A DNA stretch of 64,000 nucleotides, from contig OY769902.1 in the NCBI GenBank assembly GCA_963669175.1, forward strand, positions 832,001 to 896,000, given 5' to 3'. The translations under genes and the position numbers were made by a program. Each line of letters opens with the position of its first letter. The first letter of the stretch is position 1. This stretch comes from a bacterium. Its GTDB lineage: Bacteria; Electryoneota; Electryoneia; Electryoneales; Electryoneaceae. Shown piece after piece: positions 1 through 9,940 of this stretch. The notes beneath the pieces were generated by a model, which was not told the DNA's origin, did not search any database, and was given only the letters and a program-made list of their open reading frames with translations.

Positions 1-114
1 ATGCTCCGCGATGTTGAAAGTCTTTTTCAAACAGCTCCGTCAGCGTCAGAAAGAACAAGCCTCTTCGCGGGATCAGGAGCCTGGGCAAAACCTACAAGGT
101 TTCGGGCAGCATTC

Positions 115-150
115 ACAGGATAAACAGGATGATTAGGATGGCAAGGATAA
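115..150. repeat. 9-bp-period AGGAT/ATCCT short repeat cluster (4 units)
   Basis: AGGAT at 117, 126, 135, 144. Reverse-orientation relatives at 8409-8431, 8467-8496, 30747-30778 and 62795-62826. Confidence 0.8.
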
Positions 151-276
151 ACACGCTTATTTAATTGATTTTACAAAGATTAAAAAACAGAATTAGTTCT
201 TTGCTTTGCGCCTTTGTTGCCTGCCCCCGAATGCTTCTGTCGGGGGCTTTGCGTGAAACAATCAGTATTTTGCTAG

Positions 277-745
277 ACCGGATATTTCACCAATGCAATT
301 TCAAGTATGGTATTTGATGGAATAGCCAGTACAAGAACCACGGCAGTGGTTACCTGAATTAGCCCACCGTCCAGCGCCGTCTGTTTGGCGCTCACGGTGG
401 GAATAGGATGTACGCTACTTGCCAACCCCGGCAGCGGGTTGCCTAAACATTACCACTGTATGCTTATGATAATTATTAGGTTACTCCTTCCGGAGTAAAT
501 ATGTGTGCGCATTATCTCCCCGGGTAGCCGCCAAACTGACGGCGGCTGCCCGGGGCTAATACAGGTTGCCCCTGCCGGGGCTGTTGCCGATTCTCAGCCT
601 CATTTTGCCCACGAAACAGGGAATAGGCACGCAAAGGGATGCCGAGCAAACTGTACCCTGAAAAATGCTGTATGAATCAGTTGTATTGTGCTGATATGAA
701 CTGTGTTAAGATGCTTATCCATTCTTCGTTCGTGAAATATCCGGG
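277..745. mobile_element. MITE family A (~470 bp) with REP-like internal palindromes
   Basis: TIR (A/C)CCGGATATTTCAC at both ends, flanked by CTAG direct repeats (273-276, 746-749). Near-identical inverted copy at 15912-16381. Confidence 0.85.
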
Positions 746-798
746 CTAGACCCTGTACTCCAATCGGTTCTCCATCAACACTCCACCACACCAGTACC

Positions 799-861
799 GT
801 GCAAACCTGCACCATGTTTAGTATTTGCCGTGCGAATCCGCACGTTGGTGCGAAATCGCAC
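799..861. promoter_or_regulatory. Three GTGC-N6-GCAC palindromes, putative enhancer-binding-protein upstream activating sites
   Basis: gtgcaaacctgcac 799-812, gtgcgaatccgcac 830-843, gtgcgaaatcgcac 848-861. They lie 80-140 bp upstream of a sigma54-like promoter. Confidence 0.65.
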
Positions 862-940
862 GGTTATTCCTTGTCTGAGATACACATTTATCTTCAAGAA
901 AATCAATTGGTAAAAATCATCTTCCCCCGGAGAACCCATT

Positions 941-955
941 TGGCACAAAGCTTGT
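941..955 (+). promoter_or_regulatory. Putative sigma54 -24/-12 promoter
   Basis: TGGCAC-aaagc-TTGT, against consensus TGGCAC-N5-TTGC. Confidence 0.65.
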
Positions 956-968
956 TTTAGGGGAAGTC

Positions 969-1120
969 GAATTCGGTTCCGCACAACATGCGTTCCTCCC
1001 TTGAACCGGATTCCAGCCGGGTAACTGACTTCCTCTGGCAGTTTCCTGGTTGTCATTCACATAAAACCCACCTGAAGCCGACCCCCGGTCCGACGTTGCC
1101 GCCGTCGGGCCGGGTGGGTT
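969..1120 (+). ncRNA. Candidate structured 5' leader or sRNA (three hairpins, TTCCTC motifs)
   Basis: Hand-folded stems 969-1013, 1014-1052 and 1080-1120, directly after the predicted sigma54 start site. Confidence 0.35.
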
Positions 1121-1146
1121 AGGAAATTCCGTATCCGCAGGAGGAT

Positions 1147-1761
1147 GTGATGGACGCAGTAACCATAAGTAACGAGAATGGTGTGAAAGAAATTGTCACC
1201 CGTGACGGGATGAAGCTTACGGTCCGCCCCATAGAGGAAAAGGATCTCACGATCCTGAGGCGTTTTTACGAGAATACGACCGAACGTGGTTTGGCCATGA
1301 TGCGCGCCAACCTGCTGGATGATTTTTTCGAAAACCGTTACCGCAGGCTGATTGAGCAGCAGGATATCACCTTATTGTCGGCATGGTTCGGACGTTCGCT
1401 GGCGGGGGTGGTTCTGCTTGACCGTGGACGCTACACCTGGACTCGTCACGTCGCCAATATTCGTTGTTACACTCATCCTGATTTTCAACATCACGGCATC
1501 GCTACTATCCTGCTGCGTGAAGCGTTTGAAAACGCAGACCTCCATGGGTACGAAAAGCTGTATTGCTATCTCGTGAGCGAACAGAAAAATGCTATCCGCA
1601 TCACCGAAAAGTTCGGATTTACCCTGGAAGCGGTGCTCCACAACCACGCCAAGGACCGGTATGGTCGCTACCACGAAATGCTGATGTATTCCGTTGACCT
1701 GGGAGAAGCACATCGCAGGATGGATCAGATGCTGGAAAGCTATATCCCATACGGGGGATAA
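1147..1761 (+). CDS. GNAT family N-acetyltransferase
   Basis: THPDFQHHGIAT acetyl-CoA-binding motif A, KFGFTLEA motif B. RBS AGGAGG upstream. Confidence 0.85.
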   Translation: MMDAVTISNENGVKEIVTRDGMKLTVRPIEEKDLTILRRFYENTTERGLAMMRANLLDDFFENRYRRLIEQQDITLLSAWFGRSLAGVVLLDRGRYTWTRHVANIRCYTHPDFQHHGIATILLREAFENADLHGYEKLYCYLVSEQKNAIRITEKFGFTLEAVLHNHAKDRYGRYHEMLMYSVDLGEAHRRMDQMLESYIPYGG

Positions 1762-1826
1762 AGGAAAGATACGTCACAGAGCCACAGCAGGCTTTCGTAA
1801 AAGCACATACACGTTTTGGGGGAGTT

Positions 1827-2465
1827 ATGGTACAGCAGAAAGCAACCAACATTACCTGGCATGAAGGACATGTCGATCGTGCCGCTCGCGGTGAATTGCT
1901 TGGACAGAAAGGGTGTACGATCTGGTTGACTGGGTTGCCGTCATCAGGAAAAAGCACGACCGCGTTTACGCTGGAACATGAACTGGTCAAACAAGGCAGG
2001 CTGGCCTATGTTCTGGATGGCGACAATATTCGCTTTGGTTTGAATCGCAATCTCGGTTTCTCTCCTGAAGATCGTGCAGAAAACATACGCCGTATCGGTG
2101 AAGTTGCCCGTCTCTTTGCTGACACGGGTGTTGTTGCCATTACAAGTTTCATCTCGCCATACGTGGAAGATCGTGAGCTGGTAAAGCTTCGTCACGCCGA
2201 AGCGGACCTGCCTTTTATTGAAATCTTCATTGACGCGCCTTTGGAAGTATGCGAAGAGCGTGATCCCAAGGGATTGTTTAAGAAAGCGCGTGCGGGCCAA
2301 CTAAAGGGATTTACCGGTATTGATGCACCTTATGAAGCGCCACCCGAACCCGACCTTGTACTGAACACAGCCGATCTGACTCCGGGTCAGACAGCAGAAC
2401 TGATCATTGACTACCTGCGGTCACGCGCGTTGCTGCCGTTAGTCCCAGATCCCTCGTTTGCCTGA
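1827..2465 (+). CDS. cysC: Adenylyl-sulfate (APS) kinase
   Basis: WLTGLPSSGKST P-loop, LDGDNIR, RDPKGL, FTGIDAPYEAP. Confidence 0.95.
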   Translation: MVQQKATNITWHEGHVDRAARGELLGQKGCTIWLTGLPSSGKSTTAFTLEHELVKQGRLAYVLDGDNIRFGLNRNLGFSPEDRAENIRRIGEVARLFADTGVVAITSFISPYVEDRELVKLRHAEADLPFIEIFIDAPLEVCEERDPKGLFKKARAGQLKGFTGIDAPYEAPPEPDLVLNTADLTPGQTAELIIDYLRSRALLPLVPDPSFA

Positions 2466-4164
2466 AACGGGACCGCAGGTGAAAACAGTCACACTCCGAA
2501 CAGGACACATCATGCGCTGGCAAATTGTCAGTGTGCTGCTAGCGGTATCTCTGCTTCCGGTGGTCATCATGGGCGCCGGATCATGGATCGTCTTTGGCGG
2601 TTTGCTGGAATCGAAAGCGTTGCAGCTTCAGCATTCCGTAGTACAGGCGCACGCCCAGGCGGTGGACGGTTTCCTGCGCGAACAGGTTGACCTGTTGCGT
2701 CTGATGGCCCAGACTCACCCCCGCGATGAGCTGGTCCGTCATGCGTTGCTGCAGGATCTGTTCATTGCCCTGGACCAGGTTTCCAGCGGATCGTTTGTTG
2801 ACCTGGGGGTGATTGACCACAATGGAAACCACCTGGCCTATACCGGCCCCTATGACTTGCTGAACGCCAATTACCGGGACCAGGAATGGTTTCGTGAGGT
2901 AATGGAACAGGGTGAATATGTCAGCGATGTTTTCCCCGGTTTCCGTAATGTGCCGCACTGCATCATCGCGGTAAAGGTGACTAACGGTGGTCAGCCCTGG
3001 ATTTTGCGGTCCACGATCAACAGCGACAAGTTCGACGCATTGGTCCGTACCGTGGCGCTGGGTGAATCCGGTGAGGTCTGGCTGGTGGATCGTGAAGGGC
3101 ATTTCCAGAGCGAAACCCCCAGCGGAAATGTGCTGGATGTGGCCCCGTTGCCCGACCTTACGCCTCACCCGGGTGTAGCGGACAGCAGGTTGAAGATAGA
3201 TGAGCGCGAGATGGCGCTGGTGACCACATGGATAAATGATGGTCGCTGGATGCTGGCAGCGTTGCAGGATGCCGCGGAAGTGCGCGAGCCTTTGCGCAAA
3301 GCGTTGTGGAATGGCGCGCTGGTCGTTTCGGTATGTGTGCTGCTGATAATCGTGACCACCATTTTTGCCACATGGCGTCTGACCAATCGCATTGACCGCG
3401 CCAACAGCGAACGTGAAGACATGCAGCGCGCGTTTATCCGTTCCGCAAAATTGGCCTCTGTCGGGGAGTTGGCAACCGGGTTGGCGCATGAAATCAACAA
3501 TCCGCTTGCTATCATCAGCGCTGAACAGACCAACATTGCTGACCTGATTGACCTGAATTGCAAAGCGGATCCCTGGTGCGAAGAGATTATCCAATCAGTA
3601 CAACGGATAAAGAAGCAGGTCAAACGGTGTGCCGGGATCACCAGCCGTATGCTTCAATTCGGACGCAACACCATATCAACACCTCAACCGTCAAATCTCC
3701 ATGCGAAGCTCACCGAAATCCAGGATATGATGCAACGTCAGGCAGATGTCCGCAACATTGCGCTGGACCTGGATATTAGGGGCTCGCTTCCTGAAGTGAT
3801 GATTGATCCTCTTGAGCTTGAGCAGGTGATGTTGAACCTGCTGACCAACGCTTTTCATGCCATGCCGGATGGCGGCAAGATCACGCTTTCCGCTGAAATT
3901 CAGGATCGCTTTGTCTGTTTGGATGTGGCTGATACCGGACGTGGCATGCCGCCGGAAGTCGCTGAACGCATTTTTGAGCCGTTTTTCACGACAAAACCTG
4001 TAGGTGAAGGGACCGGACTGGGTTTATCGGTTTGTTACGGTATTGTCCAGAGCTGGGGGGGTACGATTCGCGTGGACTCCCAGGAAGGGCAAGGAACTAC
4101 CATGAAACTCTTCCTGCCGGTTGTGCAGGAACAACCCGCGACGATCGCAGGAGGTGTCCAATGA
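2458..4164 (+). CDS. Cache-domain sensor histidine kinase
   Basis: Two TM segments around a periplasmic domain. H-box LAHEINNPL plus N, G1, F and G2 boxes. Start may be ATG 2512. Confidence 0.9.
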   Translation: MPETGPQVKTVTLRTGHIMRWQIVSVLLAVSLLPVVIMGAGSWIVFGGLLESKALQLQHSVVQAHAQAVDGFLREQVDLLRLMAQTHPRDELVRHALLQDLFIALDQVSSGSFVDLGVIDHNGNHLAYTGPYDLLNANYRDQEWFREVMEQGEYVSDVFPGFRNVPHCIIAVKVTNGGQPWILRSTINSDKFDALVRTVALGESGEVWLVDREGHFQSETPSGNVLDVAPLPDLTPHPGVADSRLKIDEREMALVTTWINDGRWMLAALQDAAEVREPLRKALWNGALVVSVCVLLIIVTTIFATWRLTNRIDRANSEREDMQRAFIRSAKLASVGELATGLAHEINNPLAIISAEQTNIADLIDLNCKADPWCEEIIQSVQRIKKQVKRCAGITSRMLQFGRNTISTPQPSNLHAKLTEIQDMMQRQADVRNIALDLDIRGSLPEVMIDPLELEQVMLNLLTNAFHAMPDGGKITLSAEIQDRFVCLDVADTGRGMPPEVAERIFEPFFTTKPVGEGTGLGLSVCYGIVQSWGGTIRVDSQEGQGTTMKLFLPVVQEQPATIAGGVQ

Positions 4165-5018
4165 CCGAACATACACACTCCATTCATGTCCTTATGGTAG
4201 ACGATGAGGTTGAATTCACGGTTGCCACCTCACGTCTGCTCGAACGCCGGGGCTTCAGTGTCACTGTAGTCCATTCCGGTGAAGAAGCCTTGGCTATTCT
4301 GCCGGAAATCCAACCGGAGGTTGTCCTGTTGGACATCCGTATGCCCGGAATGGATGGCGAAGAGGCGTTTGATCAAATTCAGCAGCAACGTCCCAACCTG
4401 CCCATTATCGTGCTTACCGGACATGGCGCTATCCCGCAGGCGTTTCGCATGTCAAAGGGCGGCGTGTTTGACTACCTGGGCAAACCCTGTGAAATCGAAG
4501 AGTTAATGGAAAAACTAACGGCAGCGGTAAATCGAGATGTGAACGCTACCGCTGAACCACGCCCCGAACCGCCCGAGTTTGCCGGGGAAGCGCCAAGTGT
4601 GCTGCTGGTGGATGATGAAGAGGAACTGCTTGATTCGCTGAAAACTGTGCTTCAACGCCGCAGGATGGAAGTGTATGTGGCGCGCCATGGCAGCGAAGCG
4701 CTGGACATGCTGAATGACACTTGGATCGATGTCGTGGTGCTTGATATCAAAATGCCGGGCATCAGCGGCCTGGAAGTATTAAAGCGCATCAAAGCCATCC
4801 GTCCGGATGTGGAAATCCTCCTCTTAACCGGACATCCCAACATCGGCAACGCCATGGAAGGCATCAAGTTTGGCGCATTGGAATACCTGGTCAAACCGCC
4901 GGATATGGATGCGCTGATCCGTGCCATAAATCGTGCCTTCAAACAACGCAAGGAGACGTTCGAAAAACGTCAACAGGAAACCATTCGTGACGTCCTGGAT
5001 CGTGGACCGGTAGACTGA
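4161..5018 (+). CDS. Tandem double-receiver response regulator without output domain
   Basis: Two REC domains (VDDE...LLDIRMP...KP and VDDE...VLDIKMP...KP). Start reassigned to ATG 4161 (GGAGG RBS, ATGA overlap). Confidence 0.88.
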   Translation: MTEHTHSIHVLMVDDEVEFTVATSRLLERRGFSVTVVHSGEEALAILPEIQPEVVLLDIRMPGMDGEEAFDQIQQQRPNLPIIVLTGHGAIPQAFRMSKGGVFDYLGKPCEIEELMEKLTAAVNRDVNATAEPRPEPPEFAGEAPSVLLVDDEEELLDSLKTVLQRRRMEVYVARHGSEALDMLNDTWIDVVVLDIKMPGISGLEVLKRIKAIRPDVEILLLTGHPNIGNAMEGIKFGALEYLVKPPDMDALIRAINRAFKQRKETFEKRQQETIRDVLDRGPVD

Positions 5019-5054
5019 ATTCACACCATTTCCTGCACAGAAAGGAATACGCAG

Positions 5055-6902
5055 ATGGCGCCACCGAAGAAGGCCAAAGCTTCCGCGTATGACAAGTACA
5101 TCAACTACAAGAGGTTTGCCATTGCGCTTGGCGCTTTTATCCTCATGTTGTTGATCCCGATTCCCGCCAGTATGCGGGATGTGGCAGTCGAGTATACCAT
5201 GGGCAAACCCTATGTGCTCGAATATTACAGCCAGGAAGTGTTCGGGATTGGATTCGATGATGCCGAACAGTGGCAGGCTCTTTCCGCACGTGCGCTGGAA
5301 GCCTGTATGCGGCAGGGAGCGTTGAGTAAAAAGCAGGTGCTGAAGCGAAATCAGAAAACGCTTGGCAAGCTCGGTGTTGAGATGGGAGATAACCATTTCA
5401 AACTGTACACGGCCTTCATTGAGAACTATGATGAACAAGCGTTGCTTGCGTTGAATCGCGGAGCCATGTCACTACGTCACGACAAGCTTACCTACGAATC
5501 ACTGCCGGAGAAACAGCGCGCCAAGGTGGACAAAGCGGCGGTGCATATTCGTGTCTGCCTGGCCATGGTCGCGTTTGTAGTAATCTGTTTCGTTACGGAA
5601 GCGATGCCATTGCCGGGGGTGGCTTTCTGTATCGGATTGATCCTTGTGTTCAGTGGGATAGTGGGACGTGAAGAGGTGGCCGCGTTATTCTGGTCCGATG
5701 CCTGCTGGTTCATCATGGGTTCGCTCATGTTCGCCGCAGCGTTTGTGAAAACCGGGGTGGATAAACGTATCTGCCTGATAGTGTTCCGGGTGTTGGCCAA
5801 ACCCAGTGTAAAATGGGTCACGGCGATGATGATCCTGGTGATCAGCCCGGCGGCGGCTTTTATCAGCGATCATGCCCTCGCTGCGATTTTCCTGCCGATT
5901 GCGCTCATCCTGTATCACAACAGCCTTTCTTCGGAAAATCCCGAGGACAGTGAACTGGCTAAAATGTTGATGATCACCATCGCCATGGCCTGCAATATCG
6001 GTGGATTCGGATCACCGTCCGGTGGCGCGCGTAACGTGATCATGATGACTTACATGGAAGACATGTTCGGTTACTCCATGGGCTACGGACAATGGATTGT
6101 GTATGGCTTCCCCTTTGTCATCATCATGATGCCAATTCTCTGGATGGCGGTGAACCTTCGTTTCAAGCCGAAAATCAAAAACCTCGCTCCGGCCATGACT
6201 GCTTTAAAAGCAGATATCGGTCGCATGGGCGGTTGGAAACGCAACCAGATTATCGCAGTAGTTATTTTCCTGATCATGCTTCTCGGCTGGATCACGGAAA
6301 AGAATATCCTGAAAGATATGATCGGCGTGCGGCTGGGGATCGGAGTTATCGCCGTTGCCGGCGCCATTGCCTATTTGCTTACAGGAGTTGTCAACTGGCG
6401 CGACTACCAGGAAAAAGTGGATTGGGGTGTGGTCTGGCTGTATGCCGGTGCGATCATATTCGGACGAGTGCTGGATGAAACCGGGACAGCCTACTGGATG
6501 GCGCGTTCCATTGTGGATGGTCTTGCTACTATCGGCCTGAAGTCCGGATTGGCGTTACTGGGGGCTGGAAGCGCAGTTACCGCAGGTATGACCAACTTGA
6601 TGGCGGATGGTCCGGCTGCAGCGGCTGTTGGGCCGATTACGCTGAATATGGCGGCCGTTTCCAACCCGGGGACAACGCTGGTGCCGTTTATGGGATTGGC
6701 AACAGCAGCGGCCTCGTCATTCGCTTATCTGCTGGTTATCGGTACGCCGCCCAACGCGATTGTGTATGCCAGCGGGTATCTTGAAGCGAAGGATTTCCTG
6801 CGTGTCGGGATTATTTGCCTGGTTTGCGCCTTTGTCGTGCTTCTCCTGTTGAGTATGTTATACTGGCCATTGGTAGGATTTGGCGGGTTGCCTGCGGTTT
6901 GA
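5055..6902 (+). CDS. SLC13/DASS family anion permease with large N-terminal soluble insert
   Basis: Many TM helices; motifs FISDHA, GSPSGGARN, VDWGVVWLYAG, IGTPPNAIVY. Confidence 0.9.
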   Translation: MAPPKKAKASAYDKYINYKRFAIALGAFILMLLIPIPASMRDVAVEYTMGKPYVLEYYSQEVFGIGFDDAEQWQALSARALEACMRQGALSKKQVLKRNQKTLGKLGVEMGDNHFKLYTAFIENYDEQALLALNRGAMSLRHDKLTYESLPEKQRAKVDKAAVHIRVCLAMVAFVVICFVTEAMPLPGVAFCIGLILVFSGIVGREEVAALFWSDACWFIMGSLMFAAAFVKTGVDKRICLIVFRVLAKPSVKWVTAMMILVISPAAAFISDHALAAIFLPIALILYHNSLSSENPEDSELAKMLMITIAMACNIGGFGSPSGGARNVIMMTYMEDMFGYSMGYGQWIVYGFPFVIIMMPILWMAVNLRFKPKIKNLAPAMTALKADIGRMGGWKRNQIIAVVIFLIMLLGWITEKNILKDMIGVRLGIGVIAVAGAIAYLLTGVVNWRDYQEKVDWGVVWLYAGAIIFGRVLDETGTAYWMARSIVDGLATIGLKSGLALLGAGSAVTAGMTNLMADGPAAAAVGPITLNMAAVSNPGTTLVPFMGLATAAASSFAYLLVIGTPPNAIVYASGYLEAKDFLRVGIICLVCAFVVLLLLSMLYWPLVGFGGLPAV

Positions 6903-6920
6903 CCGGAAAGGAGATCATCC

Positions 6921-7811
6921 ATGCAGAACGATGAAAGCAAAAAGAACTACACCATTCTCCTGGTGGACGACGAGGATGACTTCCGGCAATCGGCAGCCCA
7001 GGCTCTGCAACGGCGAGGGTTTACGGTTCAGGAAGCTCCGGATGGTATAAAGGGGTTGGAAGAGATAGAGCGCCGGGCGCCGGATATTGTCGTGCTGGAC
7101 CTGAAAATGCCTGGCCCCGGCGGCATCGAAACATTGCAGAAAATTCGCAAAATTGCGCCGCGCTTGCCGGTAATCATCCTGACCGGACACGGCAGTTTCA
7201 GCGACGCCGTAGCCGGAATCGAACTGGAGATCACCGAATTCCTACAGAAGCCGGTGGATGTAGGCAAGCTGGGCGAGCATATACGGGATATCCTGAGGCA
7301 GCCGTTCCAACAGCGTGTTATCCAGGAAAAGACCATACAGGAATTGATGGTTGAGCCATCCCTGTATCCCAGCGTCAAGGAAGATAATTCCGTGGTTGAA
7401 GCGTTTCATGCCTTCAACAGCCTGTTTTCGAATCATGATGATGAAACATCACCACGTTTGCGGTCCGCACTGGTGACCGACGAGGCAGGCCGTTTTAAGG
7501 GTATGCTCCGGTTCCATGACCTGCTGCAGGTGATTCTGCCGCCATTCCTGGAAGATTCGCCCTGGACCAGCTATTTCACCGGAATGTTTCTGGCCCAGTG
7601 TAAGTTGATCGGCAACCGTAAAGTGAGAGACCTGCTGGACGATACGGTGAGTGTGTCGGTGGATGCGCCGTTGATGGAAGCGGTTCACCTGATGGCTGCG
7701 AACCATGTTGTCAATCTGCCGGTGATGAAAGGCGATGAGCTGGTCGGTATCCTGCGGGAACGTAGTGTGATACAGGAAATTCTGGCCTGCTTGCCAAAAC
7801 ATATGGGGTAA
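6921..7811 (+). CDS. Receiver + CBS-pair domain protein
   Basis: N-terminal REC (LVDDE, VLDLKMP, QKP) and C-terminal CBS pair (LPVMKGDELVGIL). Confidence 0.85.
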   Translation: MQNDESKKNYTILLVDDEDDFRQSAAQALQRRGFTVQEAPDGIKGLEEIERRAPDIVVLDLKMPGPGGIETLQKIRKIAPRLPVIILTGHGSFSDAVAGIELEITEFLQKPVDVGKLGEHIRDILRQPFQQRVIQEKTIQELMVEPSLYPSVKEDNSVVEAFHAFNSLFSNHDDETSPRLRSALVTDEAGRFKGMLRFHDLLQVILPPFLEDSPWTSYFTGMFLAQCKLIGNRKVRDLLDDTVSVSVDAPLMEAVHLMAANHVVNLPVMKGDELVGILRERSVIQEILACLPKHMG

Positions 7812-7843
7812 CCTTCTTGCTTCCCCCAGTAGTACGACCCGGC

Positions 7844-7890
7844 CCCCGGGATGTGGATTCCCCCAGAGATCCGCACCCGGGGACTTTTTT
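7844..7890 (+). terminator. Putative intrinsic terminator
   Basis: GC stem ccccggg-tgtggat/atccgca-cccgggg followed by a T run. Confidence 0.6.
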
Positions 7891-7899
7891 GTTTCACGC

Positions 7900-7954
7900 A
7901 AAGACCTGACGAAACGTGCTCGTCGATAATATGCACAAATTCTTGTGAGCAGCC
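7900..7954 (-). repeat. End fragment of MITE family D
   Basis: Near-identical reverse complement of 30119-30172. Confidence 0.7.
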
Positions 7955-8027
7955 CCCATTATTAATCCGCCATATGGTCTTGTTCCATATCAGTGAAAGA
8001 TCAACGATATAGTTGTAACAAAGGAGA

Positions 8028-8156
8028 TGGAAAAAGGGGACAGTTTCCTTTTCCATGAATACTTCAGGAATATTCTGCATAAGCGCGAGGAAAAGGATCC
8101 CGTCCCCTTTTCCCGGCAATCTCCATTATGACGGAATAAAATCGAGAACAGCTATA
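8028..8156 (+). repeat. MITE family C right part; EMPTY IS110 target site (AG at 8145-8146)
   Basis: ggaaaaaggggacagtttccttttcc...gacggaataaaatcgAGaacagctata, the same sequence that flanks both IS110 copies. Confidence 0.85.
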
Positions 8157-8526
8157 CAAGTAAAAAGGTACAGCTTCGAAATTATTTGCAAAAAAATTGG
8201 GGATGGTGACAAGGTTTACGATAAACCCTGGCTTCTAACACAAAACTTTTACGCAATCCCGACTTGCTCACTGTCAGTGTCACAGGGCGACGATTGACCA
8301 GCGTTGTCAGTATTTCGAGAGTGTTTACTGAACACCCGGCAAATCGGGCCATACACTCCCAAAAAACTGCAGGAATCGTACAGGGTTACCCAAGCTATTA
8401 GCCTCAATATCCTTAGTATCCTTCCCATCCTGTAAATTCAACAACAATTAGCATATAAATAAAATCATCCTTGATATCCTTTTATCCTATCATCCTGTGA
8501 GACATGTTTTCAGCAAGAGCATCCTG

Positions 8527-9939
<1,413 letters not shown>

Positions 9940-9940
9940 C

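Noticed and set aside
2581-3594. Long antisense ORFs (also 59767-60801, 42212-43051, 18650-19372)
   Set aside because: Shadows of well-supported genes on the opposite strand, with no recognisable motifs.
4032-4160. Longer start for the double-REC regulator
   Set aside because: It overlaps the kinase gene. ATG 4161 has an RBS and an ATGA coupling.
8055-8297. Short ORFs in repeats (also 13963-14163, 30190-30444, 47478-47681, 54381-54704, 16160-16351)
   Set aside because: They are translations of MITE sequence. Their mutual similarity reflects the DNA repeat.
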